From assembly GCA_937906475.1 (NCBI GenBank), contig CALCZA010000021.1, positions 60,220 through 124,219 on the forward strand: a DNA stretch of 64,000 nt, given 5' to 3'. Shown here piece after piece: positions 37,429 to 46,831 of the stretch. Made by a program: the position numbers and the translations under genes. Source of the DNA: an uncultured bacterium. GTDB lineage: Bacteria > Planctomycetota > UBA1135 > UBA2386. Position 1 is the stretch's first letter. Every line of letters begins with the position of its first letter. Under the pieces are notes generated by a model that made no database searches, had not been told where the DNA came from, and was given only the letters and a program-made list of their open reading frames with translations.

Positions 37429-38844
37429 ATGGCGACTCACTTTCTACGTGGTCTTCTCGGTGGCGCGATTGCGCTATCCCTCGCGAACGCCGTGCAAGCA
37501 CAGGATTGGCCGCATTGGCGGGGTCCGAACTTCAATGGTGCTGTTGCCGCAAAGGGTTTGCCAACCGAGTTTGGTCCAGACCAGAACGTGCGCTGGAAGA
37601 CTGCGATGCCGGGCTCCGGCGCTAGCACGCCGATCGTTGTCGGTGATCGCATCTTCTTGACGTCGATTGATAAGAGCCGTGAACAACTCGTGGCGATGTG
37701 CGTGCGCCGCAGCGACGGCGAGATCCTGTGGTCAAAGCATGCTGGCAGTGGCTACAAGCCAACGCCGCAAGGGACCAATACCGCTCGCGGCGCTCGCACC
37801 CGAGCGACGTATGCGAGTCCGTCGGCCGTGCACGATGGCGAGCATGTCGTGTTCTTCTTCGGTAACGGCGACCTCGTTAGCTACGACCTCGACGGCGAGC
37901 AGCAGTGGCGTCGCAACATTCAGGAGGACTACGGCAACTTCGCGTTCAACTGGACGTTCTCAGCGAGTCCGACGTTGGTCGATGGCGTGATTTATCTGCC
38001 GGTGTTGCAGCGCGACGAACCGATCCAGCGCGGCCGCCGCCGCCGCGGTGGCCCGAAGCCGGCCGACGAACCGAAGCAGGCCGTGCAAGCAATCGACTCG
38101 TTCGTGCTCGCGATCAACCCTGTTGATGGCAAGACGATCTACAAGCATGTTCGTCCGTCGCCGGCCAAGGTCGAATCGCTTGAGTCCTACACGTCGATGA
38201 TCCCTTACGTCGGTGTCAGCGGCCGCAAAGAGATGCTGTTGGTTGGTGGTGACGTCATCACTGGCCACGATCCGGCGACCGGCAAAGAACTGTGGCGGTG
38301 GGGCACCTGGAACCAAGGTCACCGTGAACGCTTCTGGCGTTTGGTGCCAACCGTTGTGGTTGGCGATGGCGTGGCTTTAGTCTGCGCTCCGAAGCGTGCG
38401 CCGGTTTACGCCATCAAGCTTGGTGGCAAGGGCGGACTGACCAAGGACTCGCTGGCGTGGCAGAGCGAAGGCCGCCCCAATCCGGTGTCGAGCGACGTGC
38501 CGACACCGGCGTTTGTCGACGGCCACTTCTACGTGCTCAGCGACGTGCAATCGGCACTTTCGAAGGTGCGCGCCAAGGATGGCGACGTCATCTGGACGAC
38601 CAAGATGAGCAAGGAGCACCTGTGGCGTTCGTCGCCGACGGTCGCCGATGGCCATGTTTGGTGCATGAACCACAATGGCGTCGTAGCCGTCGTCAGCATG
38701 GCCGACGGCAAGATCGTGCACCAGGTCGCCATGGCCGGCGAGGACGATGACTTGATTCGCGCGTCGGTCGTCGTCGCACACGGCGAGGTGCTGATCCGCA
38801 CCAATGACACGCTGTTCTGCGTCGCGCAGTCCGCCGAAAAGTAG
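37429..38844 (+). CDS. Exported PQQ-like beta-propeller protein
   Basis: Signal peptide ...VQAQ, DWPHWRGPNFNG, propeller repeats; SD ggag, 12 bp after the halogenase-like stop. Confidence 0.9.
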   Translation: MATHFLRGLLGGAIALSLANAVQAQDWPHWRGPNFNGAVAAKGLPTEFGPDQNVRWKTAMPGSGASTPIVVGDRIFLTSIDKSREQLVAMCVRRSDGEILWSKHAGSGYKPTPQGTNTARGARTRATYASPSAVHDGEHVVFFFGNGDLVSYDLDGEQQWRRNIQEDYGNFAFNWTFSASPTLVDGVIYLPVLQRDEPIQRGRRRRGGPKPADEPKQAVQAIDSFVLAINPVDGKTIYKHVRPSPAKVESLESYTSMIPYVGVSGRKEMLLVGGDVITGHDPATGKELWRWGTWNQGHRERFWRLVPTVVVGDGVALVCAPKRAPVYAIKLGGKGGLTKDSLAWQSEGRPNPVSSDVPTPAFVDGHFYVLSDVQSALSKVRAKDGDVIWTTKMSKEHLWRSSPTVADGHVWCMNHNGVVAVVSMADGKIVHQVAMAGEDDDLIRASVVVAHGEVLIRTNDTLFCVAQSAEK

Positions 38845-38858
38845 GCCGACTGCTGCGA

Positions 38859-41027
38859 CTAGAACGTGACGCTCATCGAGAGGCCGAACGTGCGCGGGGT
38901 GCCGTTCTGGCCGACGTAGCTGGCCGCAGCGGGATCTGGGTTCGCGTCAAAAGCGATGCCGACATACTCCTCATCGAGCAGGTTGCCGACGAAGCCTTCG
39001 AGTCGAACATCCTTCAAAGTGTAGCCGACGCGCAGGTTGGTCAAGTTGTAGCGCTCTGTTGCCGCGCCGCTCGCGTCGTAAGAGAACTCGCCGACGTGGA
39101 ACCAATCGATGCGGGCGAAGATGTCGTGGCCGTTGTCGAGTTTGTGTGAATACTGGGTCCCGGCGCCAAACGTCATCTTTGGTGCGAATGGCAGGTTGTT
39201 GCCTCGCACGCTGCCGTTTTGATCGGAGGCGCGGCCAAACTCGGTGTCGAGATAGCCAGCCGTGCCGAAGACCGTCCAGGCCTTGCTGATCTGGCCAGCA
39301 AGTTCGAGTTCGACTCCTTGGCTTGTCGACTTGCCTGCATTCGATACGAAGCCGCCAGCCGTCGGGTCAAACTGGCTCAATTGCATGTCGTCCCAGTCGA
39401 TCAGGAAGATCGCCGCGTTGGCCGTCAAGCGATCGTCGAACCACTGCGTCTTGGCGCCCAGTTCGTAGGTCCAGCTGGTTTCAGTACCGAACGATTCACT
39501 GCCAGTGGGGGCCGTCAGGTTGAAGCCGCCGGCCTTGAAGCCGCGCGCGGCACTGAAGTAGGACTTGAAGTCTTCGCTGCCGCGGTAGGCGATGCTCGCA
39601 CGCGGCAGGATGCGCTCGAACGATCGGTCACCGCTGGAGTTGCCAATCGCGAAGCCGGAGAACGTGCGATTGATCTCGGCATCGCGCGACTCGTAGTCGT
39701 AGCGAACGGCTACGGCAGCTTCGAAGCCGGATTGCAGTATCATGGTCGCCTGGCCAAACACACTCGCGGACCAGCTGTCAAACGAACCGGCCGAACGATC
39801 GCTGCCGACCTGAGCCGGAGCGAAGAAGATGCCGGCGCCGCCAGGGCGGAACTCGTTGGTCGCTTCGCGTTTCTGGTTGCTGATGAAGCCGCTCGTGCCG
39901 ACCAGCCATTTCATGCCGTCTTTGCGGCCAGCATCGAGGTCCGCGTCCGTGGCCGATTGCAGGCGCAGCTCTTGGTAGGCGTATTCTTCCTCTTCGCTGG
40001 TAAAGCGTCGCACGCCATCGAGTTGCGAGAAGTCGAAGTCCGCCGACTCGTCGATGTCCCACATCTGTGCCGACGTGATCGAGACAAACTCGAAGTCGTT
40101 GCCGTAGTGGTTCCAGACGATCGAGCCAGCCAGAATGTCGCGCTCGGTGCTGCCTTCGAAGTCTTGGTTGATACGGAACGGGTTCGAACGCAAGCCCGGC
40201 TGCCCCGGTTGGTCGCTGACGTTGCTGAGCACAAAGCCGCCATCTCGCGACGCTTCGCCATAAATGCTGAAATGCACCGTGTTGTTCTCGTTCGGCGCCC
40301 ACAGGAATTGCATGCGGGCGAAGGTGCTTTCGGCATCGCCGACATCGTTGCCCGTGGCGACGTTGTCGGTGTAGCCGTCGCGCTTTTCGTATGAGGCATC
40401 GACACTCATCGCCAACGTCTCGTCGGTGACCGGCCCGGTTGCGCGCACTTGGTAGCGCGTGCTGTTGTAGTTGCCGAAGGATGTCTGGAACTCGCCGCCC
40501 GGATCCCATGATGGCTTGCGCGAAATCATGTTGATGGCGCCGCCGATCGTATTGCGGCCCCACAGCACGCTCGATGGTCCGCGCAGAATCTCGACGCGGT
40601 CCAGGCCTGCGAAGGACAGGTTCGTGCTGCTGACGCTCAGTTGTGGCACGCCGTCGACAAACGTCGCGACCGCCGGATCACCCTGCCCCGAGCCAACACC
40701 GCGGACATACGGGAAGCTCAATCGTCGCGCCGAAAATCCGGTGACCAGTGCGTTCGGCACGAAGCGCGCAGCATCCTTGATCGACGTCAGGCCCGCGTCG
40801 CGAATCTGCTTTTGGCCAATCGCTGTGACGCTGCGTGGCACATCTTTGATCGCTTCGGCACCTTGCTTCTGCGCGGTGACCACGATCTGTTGCTTCTTGG
40901 GCTTCGGATCTTGTGCATCCTCAGCACCAACTGGGTTGACCAGCGGCGCGTCTTGCGGCACGGGCGAGGTTGCAGCAAATGCAGTGGCGGAAGTGGCCGC
41001 CGAAATGACGAGCCATCGGCTGGCCAT
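38859..41027 (-). CDS. TonB-dependent outer membrane receptor
   Basis: TonB box-like IVVTAQK, plug motif RVEILRGPSSVLWGRNTIGGAIN, C-terminal PRTFGLSMSVTF ending in Phe. Start is uncertain. Confidence 0.92.
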   Translation of the reverse strand: MASRWLVISAATSATAFAATSPVPQDAPLVNPVGAEDAQDPKPKKQQIVVTAQKQGAEAIKDVPRSVTAIGQKQIRDAGLTSIKDAARFVPNALVTGFSARRLSFPYVRGVGSGQGDPAVATFVDGVPQLSVSSTNLSFAGLDRVEILRGPSSVLWGRNTIGGAINMISRKPSWDPGGEFQTSFGNYNSTRYQVRATGPVTDETLAMSVDASYEKRDGYTDNVATGNDVGDAESTFARMQFLWAPNENNTVHFSIYGEASRDGGFVLSNVSDQPGQPGLRSNPFRINQDFEGSTERDILAGSIVWNHYGNDFEFVSITSAQMWDIDESADFDFSQLDGVRRFTSEEEEYAYQELRLQSATDADLDAGRKDGMKWLVGTSGFISNQKREATNEFRPGGAGIFFAPAQVGSDRSAGSFDSWSASVFGQATMILQSGFEAAVAVRYDYESRDAEINRTFSGFAIGNSSGDRSFERILPRASIAYRGSEDFKSYFSAARGFKAGGFNLTAPTGSESFGTETSWTYELGAKTQWFDDRLTANAAIFLIDWDDMQLSQFDPTAGGFVSNAGKSTSQGVELELAGQISKAWTVFGTAGYLDTEFGRASDQNGSVRGNNLPFAPKMTFGAGTQYSHKLDNGHDIFARIDWFHVGEFSYDASGAATERYNLTNLRVGYTLKDVRLEGFVGNLLDEEYVGIAFDANPDPAAASYVGQNGTPRTFGLSMSVTF

Positions 41028-41356
41028 GATTAGTTGTTGTCGCACTGTCGAGTAGGCGGTTGGGTGGAGGGGGGTGAGGGGGCGGAATCTACGGTGTGGT
41101 GGGTAGATGAGCACCACCAAACCTGACGTGTATGCCGCAGGTTCAGTGTAGCCAACGCCTTTCATGCGGGCGGCGCGCTGGGGTGCGAGGTGGTGTGGTG
41201 TTTAGAATGCATGAATGGCCGTGCTCGTCATGGCTGTCAGCCGGCAGATCGCTACACTATTTGCCCCCAGAACTACCCTGTGCTGCGGCGTGCCCGCTGG
41301 GCAACTGGTCGGGGTAGTGCCTCCCGAACCGAAACTCGTATCGCAATCCGAATCGC

Positions 41357-42541
41357 ATGGGTCGTCCCGTAATCGTCAGCGCCTGTCGCACCGCCATCGC
41401 CAAGTTCCAAGGCGCTCTGTCGTGCTTTACTGCTCCGCAGTTGGGCACTTTTGCCGTCACCGAAGCGTTGCGCCGCAGTGGCGTTCCGGTCGATCAGATT
41501 GACGAAGTCCTGATGGGCAACGTGCTGCAGGCTGGCCTCGGCCAGAACCCGGCGCGTCAGGTCCAACTCGCTTCGGGTATCCCGAACTCACAGCCGGCGA
41601 TGACCGTCAACAAGGTTTGTGGCTCGGGCCTCAAGACCGTGATGTTGGCCGCGCAGGCGATCAAAGCTGGTGACAGCAAGTGCATCGTCGCGGGTGGCAT
41701 GGAGTCGATGACCAACGCGCCGTACTACTTGCCGAAGGCACGGGAAGGCGCGCGCCTCGGTCACACGCAAGCGCTCGATGCTGTCGTCTGGGATGGTTTG
41801 TGGGATCACTACAACGACTTCCATATGGGCAACACTGGCGAGTTGGTTGCTGAGAAGTATGGCATCAGCCGCGAAGACCAGGATGCCTATGCCGCTGGCA
41901 GTCACGCGAAGGCCGTCGCTGCGCAAGCTGCCGGTGCGTTCGACGCAGAGATCTTCAACATCGAGGTTCCGCAGCGAAAAAAGGACCCGATCCAGTTCCA
42001 CAAGGACGATGGCCCGCGTGCTGATTCGACTGTGGCAGCGCTCGGCAAACTGCGCCCCGCATTCAAGCGCGATGGTGGCTCGGTGACGGCTGGTAACGCC
42101 AGTTCGATCAACGACGGCGCCGCCGCGACGATCGTTTGTGACGAAGACTTCGCCAAGGCACACGGCCTCAAGCCGCTCGCCGCCATCACTGGCTACGCGA
42201 CCGGTGGCCTGGCACCCGAGTGGGTGATGATGGCGCCGGAGATTGCGACCAAGAACCTGTGCGCGCTGATGAAGTGCGATCTCGGCGACTTCGATCTGGT
42301 CGAGATGAACGAAGCGTTCTCGGTGCAGATGGTCGCGTTACAGCGCCAACTCAAGGCCGATCCCGAGAAGTGGAACGTGCACGGCGGCGCCGTCGCGCTC
42401 GGCCACCCGATCGGTTGCTCTGGCACTCGTGTTCTTGTGACCCTGCTGCACGCGCTGCAGCAGCAAGATAAGACGCGTGGCATCGCTGGCCTTTGCCTTG
42501 GTGGCGGCAACGCTGTCGTTATGGGCATTGAGCGCATCTAG
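41357..42541 (+). CDS. atoB: Acetyl-CoA C-acetyltransferase (thiolase)
   Basis: NKVCGSG, EMNEAFS, GHPIGCSG, LCLGGG. Confidence 0.93.
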   Translation: MGRPVIVSACRTAIAKFQGALSCFTAPQLGTFAVTEALRRSGVPVDQIDEVLMGNVLQAGLGQNPARQVQLASGIPNSQPAMTVNKVCGSGLKTVMLAAQAIKAGDSKCIVAGGMESMTNAPYYLPKAREGARLGHTQALDAVVWDGLWDHYNDFHMGNTGELVAEKYGISREDQDAYAAGSHAKAVAAQAAGAFDAEIFNIEVPQRKKDPIQFHKDDGPRADSTVAALGKLRPAFKRDGGSVTAGNASSINDGAAATIVCDEDFAKAHGLKPLAAITGYATGGLAPEWVMMAPEIATKNLCALMKCDLGDFDLVEMNEAFSVQMVALQRQLKADPEKWNVHGGAVALGHPIGCSGTRVLVTLLHALQQQDKTRGIAGLCLGGGNAVVMGIERI

Positions 42542-42571
42542 TTGCACCGAATCCATCGAATAACAACTGAA

Positions 42572-43438
42572 ATGACTGATACGAACCTTCCGAAGGCTGT
42601 CGCCGTCATTGGCGCCGGCACCATGGGCAACGGCATCGCGCAAACGTTCGCGACATGTGGCGTCGAGACCCACTTGATTGACGTGAATGAGCAAGGCCTC
42701 GAGAAGGGCATTGCCAACATCCACCGAAGCCTCGGCAAGTTCGTCGAGAAGGGTAAGTTGGACGCCGCCGTAGCCGAAGCGACTAAGGCTCGTTTGCACA
42801 GTTCGACCAAGATGGATGCGCTGAGTGGCGTGCAACTGTGCGTCGAAGCGATCACCGAGAACCTCGACATCAAGGGCAAGGTCTTCGCCACAGCCGATGA
42901 GATTCTGCCGGCCGATGCGATCCTCGCCAGCAACACGTCATCGATCTCGATCACGGTGCTCGGCGCCAAGACCAAGCGCGCCGACAAGGTGATTGGCATG
43001 CACTTCATGAACCCGGTGCCGCTGATGAAGCTGGTCGAAGTCATCCGTGGCCACGACACCAGCGACGAGACGTGCAGCCTGGTCACTGGTTGGTCGGAAG
43101 CACTCGGCAAGATCCCGGTGCTCGCCAACGACTACCCGGGCTTCGTCGCCAACCGCATTTTGATGCCGATGATCAACGAGGCTGCGTTCTCGCTGATGGA
43201 AGGTGTCGCCGACAAGGAAGCGATCGATTCGATCATGAAGCTTGGCATGAACCACCCGATGGGCCCGCTGCAATTGGCGGACTTCATCGGCCTCGACGTG
43301 TGCGTGTCGATTCTCGACGTGCTCAAGGATGGGCTTGGTGACGACAAGTATCGGGCATGCCCGCTGATGCGCCGCCTGGTTGCCGCTGGCCACCTCGGTC
43401 GCAAGACCGGCAAGGGCTTCTACGACTACAGCAAGTAG
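42572..43438 (+). CDS. hbd: 3-hydroxybutyryl-CoA dehydrogenase
   Basis: [41 protein letters not shown]. Confidence 0.93.
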   Translation: MTDTNLPKAVAVIGAGTMGNGIAQTFATCGVETHLIDVNEQGLEKGIANIHRSLGKFVEKGKLDAAVAEATKARLHSSTKMDALSGVQLCVEAITENLDIKGKVFATADEILPADAILASNTSSISITVLGAKTKRADKVIGMHFMNPVPLMKLVEVIRGHDTSDETCSLVTGWSEALGKIPVLANDYPGFVANRILMPMINEAAFSLMEGVADKEAIDSIMKLGMNHPMGPLQLADFIGLDVCVSILDVLKDGLGDDKYRACPLMRRLVAAGHLGRKTGKGFYDYSK

Positions 43439-43452
43439 GGAATACGAGCACG

Positions 43453-44610
43453 ATGACGACCTCCGAGGTGCAAGTAGCAGATTTCCAGTTGTCGCCTAAG
43501 CTGCTGGAGTTCCAGCAGAAGGTGCGTAACTACGCCAAGGACCACCTTGGTGGTGCAGCCGTTTACGACGCTGAAACCGAGTTCCCGCGCGAGGCCGTCG
43601 AGGTTGCTGGCAAGCTTGGCTTGCTGCGCACGACGGTCGACGAGGAATACGGCGGTTCGGCGATGGGCAACCTCGCCAGTTGCGTGATGCTCGAAGAGAT
43701 CAACGCGGTTTGCGTGTCGACGGGCGTGACCATCAGCGTGCACAATTCGCTGGTCAACTCGTTACTCGGCAAGTGGTGCTCCCACGAGCAGAAGGCGCGT
43801 TGGTTCCCGAAGCTTGTCACTGGCGAATGGCTCGGTGCCTACTGCCTGAGTGAAGCCTTCTCCGGTTCGGACGCAGCGGCGCTGCGTTGCACGGCGGAGA
43901 AGCAAGGCGATCACTACATTTTGAACGGCGCCAAGCTGTGGATCACGACCGGCAGTGAAGCGCAGTTGTTCGTCATCTTTGCGCGCACCAGTGAAGATCG
44001 CGTCAAGGGCATTTCGGCGTTCGTCGTCGAAGGCAGCTGGGATGGCGTCAGCGTTGGCAAGAAGGAGCGCAAGCTCGGTCTGCGCGGCTCGCCGACGACC
44101 GAGATTGTGCTCGACAACGTCAAGGTGCCGGCCGATTGCCTGCTCGATACGGAAGGCAATGGCTTCACCATTGCGCTCGACACGCTCGACGGTGGTCGCC
44201 TCGGCATCGCATCGCAGGCGCTCGGCATAGCCCGCGCCGCGATCGATATGATTGGGGAGCACATCGCCAGTCAACAAGATAAGCGCGGTCGTCCGAGCGC
44301 TTCGCAGCCGATCCAATGGGAGTTCGCCGATCTCGCCTCCGATCTCGATGCCTATCGCTTCCTGACCTGGCGCGCGGCGACGCTGCGCGACCGCGGCATT
44401 CGTTGCAGCACCGAAGCGGCGATGGCCAAATCGTGTGCTTCGCGGCTTGCCAACCGCGCCGCCCGCTCGGCGGTGTCGCTGCTCGGCCTGGCCGGCGCGA
44501 CTGGTACCAACCCTGCCGAGCGCTTGTTGCGCGACGCACGCATTACTGAGATTTACGAAGGCGCCACCGACATCCAACGCCTCGTCATCGCACGCGGCTT
44601 ACTCGCATGA
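43453..44610 (+). CDS. Acyl-CoA dehydrogenase (catalytic-type subunit)
   Basis: YCLSEAFSGSD, NGAKLWIT, KLGLRGSPT, ITEIYEGATDIQR (catalytic Glu). Confidence 0.9.
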   Translation: MTTSEVQVADFQLSPKLLEFQQKVRNYAKDHLGGAAVYDAETEFPREAVEVAGKLGLLRTTVDEEYGGSAMGNLASCVMLEEINAVCVSTGVTISVHNSLVNSLLGKWCSHEQKARWFPKLVTGEWLGAYCLSEAFSGSDAAALRCTAEKQGDHYILNGAKLWITTGSEAQLFVIFARTSEDRVKGISAFVVEGSWDGVSVGKKERKLGLRGSPTTEIVLDNVKVPADCLLDTEGNGFTIALDTLDGGRLGIASQALGIARAAIDMIGEHIASQQDKRGRPSASQPIQWEFADLASDLDAYRFLTWRAATLRDRGIRCSTEAAMAKSCASRLANRAARSAVSLLGLAGATGTNPAERLLRDARITEIYEGATDIQRLVIARGLLA

Positions 44611-45707
44611 GTTCTATTCCTCCAGGCCCTCCTCTCGCGAACCCACCACCGGGCGTGCCGCCGCAGGAGCCACATTGGCCTGCGCCTCCGGGTGCCGCGT
44701 CGCCGCGTGAGTCGCGCGGCATCGCATTCTTCGTTGCGGTCTTCCTCGGCATCTTGCTGCTCGTCTCGGCGGGCCTCAACGTACTGTTGTTGCTGCTGAG
44801 TGTTGGATCGATCACAGGAGCCGGCCTCGAAAGTGGCGCCAACTACGACGAAGTTCACGTCGTTGGCGAACGTGACAGCGAGCACAAGGTGCTGCAGATC
44901 GCGATCCGCGGTGCGATTGCCGAAGGTGCCAACCCGTTGCTGGGTGCTGCCGGCGGCACGGTGACGCAAGTCGAAAACGCGCTGCGTTACGCTAAGAGCC
45001 AAGCCGTAGAAGGCCTGCTGCTCTACATCGATTCGCCCGGCGGTGGCGTTACCGATTCGGATCGCATCTACACGATGTTGCAGCGCTTCCGCGCGAACCA
45101 TCCGCAAATGCCGGTCATGGCGCTGTATGGCGACATGGCGGCGTCCGGCGGCTACTACATCGCAGTCGCAGCCGAGCACATCATCTCGAGGCGCACGTCG
45201 ATTAGCGGCAGCATCGGCGTGATCATGAGCGCGTGGAACTTCGCCAAACTGGCGAAGGACTACGGCGTTGAGCAGGTAGCGATCAAGTCTGATCGCACGC
45301 CGTTCAAGGACATGCTGTCGCCGACACGTGCCTTGAGTGACGGTGAGCGCACCATGCTGACGAGCATCGTTGATGAGCTATACGACCAGTTCGTGTCGGT
45401 CGTCATGGAAGGGCGCGGCATGGATCGCGCCGCGGTCGAACGTGTCGCCAATGGCGGTATCTACACCGCTAAGCAGTCCCTCGAATACGGACTCGTTGAT
45501 GAGATCGGCGACTACGAATCCGCATTGGAGTGGTTCAAGAATCGCCTCGGTCACGATGTCGCGGTCGTCGAGCAACGTCGACGCGCTGGCCTCACGGACC
45601 TTTTGTTTGGCATGCGCGCTGCGAATGCGCCGGCCTCATCGGTCGAGAGTCTGCTGACTTCGTCGACGGGTCCCCGCTTCCTCTACTTCTGGCAGGGTGG
45701 CCGCTAA
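44607..45707 (+). CDS. sppA: Signal peptide peptidase SppA (S49, 36K type)
   Basis: N-terminal TM, IDSPGGG, MAASGGYYIA, GSIGVI, FKDMLSP, GLVDEIG. Confidence 0.9.
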   Translation: MSSIPPGPPLANPPPGVPPQEPHWPAPPGAASPRESRGIAFFVAVFLGILLLVSAGLNVLLLLLSVGSITGAGLESGANYDEVHVVGERDSEHKVLQIAIRGAIAEGANPLLGAAGGTVTQVENALRYAKSQAVEGLLLYIDSPGGGVTDSDRIYTMLQRFRANHPQMPVMALYGDMAASGGYYIAVAAEHIISRRTSISGSIGVIMSAWNFAKLAKDYGVEQVAIKSDRTPFKDMLSPTRALSDGERTMLTSIVDELYDQFVSVVMEGRGMDRAAVERVANGGIYTAKQSLEYGLVDEIGDYESALEWFKNRLGHDVAVVEQRRRAGLTDLLFGMRAANAPASSVESLLTSSTGPRFLYFWQGGR

Positions 45708-45734
45708 GGCTGTCGCTGGCACACGAATCTGATC

Positions 45735-46787
45735 ATGCACAATCTGCAACTAACTGAAGACCAAGATATGGTCGTCGACACCGTGCGCAAGCTGGTGGCC
45801 GATGCTGTGACTCCCAAGGTGCAAGAACTCGATGAACACCGCGGCTTCGCCCGCGAGTGGTTCGACGCGTTGGCTGAACTCGGTGTCTACGGATTGTCGG
45901 TCAGCGAAGAGAAGGGTGGTGCCGGCATGGGCATGTTGCCGTTCGTCGCGGCACTCGAGTCGATCGGCGCGCAGAGCAGTTCGTTGGCTCGGTTGTGGAT
46001 AGGTCAGATGCAGGCGGCACTCGTGCTGGAGGACACTGGCAGTGACCTTCTCGATGAAGTCGCAGCCGGCGATAAGTTGGTGACGTTCGCCGGCCGCGAG
46101 CACGGCTTCACCGTTGCCGGTGGCAAATTGACCGGCAAGGCGCTGATGGTGCCTGCCGCGATGGAAGCGGACCTGATGATCGTTGCGGCCACCGATGGTG
46201 ATGCGACGGTGCTCGTCTCGGTGGAAGCTGGTGCTTGTGAACGCAGCGCGCTGCGCGGCCTCGGCTTGAACAGCGCCGCCTGTGGCGCTGTCACCTGCGA
46301 AGGTGTCGCTGCGACCGTGCTCGCATCGGGTGATGATGCGTCGACTGCGATCGATCGCGCCGAATTGACTGCTTGGTTGGGAGTCGCCGGGGCTTCCGTT
46401 GGTGGCGCTTTCGGATCGATCGAGGCCGCCAAGAAGCACGCCAGCGAGCGCATTGCCTTTGGCAAGCCGTTGCTGGTGCAGCAAGCTGTTCAGCGCAAAC
46501 TCGTCGAATGCGGTCGCGCTGTTGCCGCCGCTCGTCAGTTGGCGTGGCACGCCGCGCGCGTCACTGACCTCGGCGAATGCGCCAGAGATACCGCCATGCA
46601 GGCCCGTATTGCTGCCGTCGATGCGATGGTGCTGGCCGCCGACGAGTCGATTCAGATCCACGGTGGCTTCGGCTACACGGTCGAATACCACGTGGAACGC
46701 CACTATCGCGATGGCAAGACCCTGGAAGTCCTCGACGGCGGCAACGACAGCCTGCGTGACCGCTTGGCTGCGGCGACGTTCGCTTAG
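45735..46787 (+). CDS. Acyl-CoA dehydrogenase family protein (short, probably non-catalytic subunit)
   Basis: ERIAFGKPLLVQQAVQ, QIHGGFGYTVEYHVERHYRD. Lacks the SEP.xGSD motif and has LDG in place of YEG. Confidence 0.85.
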   Translation: MHNLQLTEDQDMVVDTVRKLVADAVTPKVQELDEHRGFAREWFDALAELGVYGLSVSEEKGGAGMGMLPFVAALESIGAQSSSLARLWIGQMQAALVLEDTGSDLLDEVAAGDKLVTFAGREHGFTVAGGKLTGKALMVPAAMEADLMIVAATDGDATVLVSVEAGACERSALRGLGLNSAACGAVTCEGVAATVLASGDDASTAIDRAELTAWLGVAGASVGGAFGSIEAAKKHASERIAFGKPLLVQQAVQRKLVECGRAVAAARQLAWHAARVTDLGECARDTAMQARIAAVDAMVLAADESIQIHGGFGYTVEYHVERHYRDGKTLEVLDGGNDSLRDRLAAATFA

Positions 46788-46831
46788 TCGATCTTCGCCA
46801 GTTGTTGCGCGGGAACCGGTCGTTGCGAGGA

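Noticed and set aside
8202..38844. Calling the propellers BamB or genuine PQQ dehydrogenases
   Set aside because: Eight paralogues, no bam operon context, no pqqA-E in the window, and no recognisable vicinal-Cys/PQQ active-site motifs of methanol/alcohol dehydrogenases.
39219..40394. 391-aa plus-strand ORF, and similar long antisense ORFs (10213-11169, 13625-14482, 56973-57947)
   Set aside because: Antisense shadows of well-supported genes, as expected in high-GC DNA.
41028..41356. Cobalamin or TPP riboswitch / Fur box upstream of the TonB receptor
   Set aside because: No B12-box, TPP core or GATAATGAT-like motif recognisable by eye.
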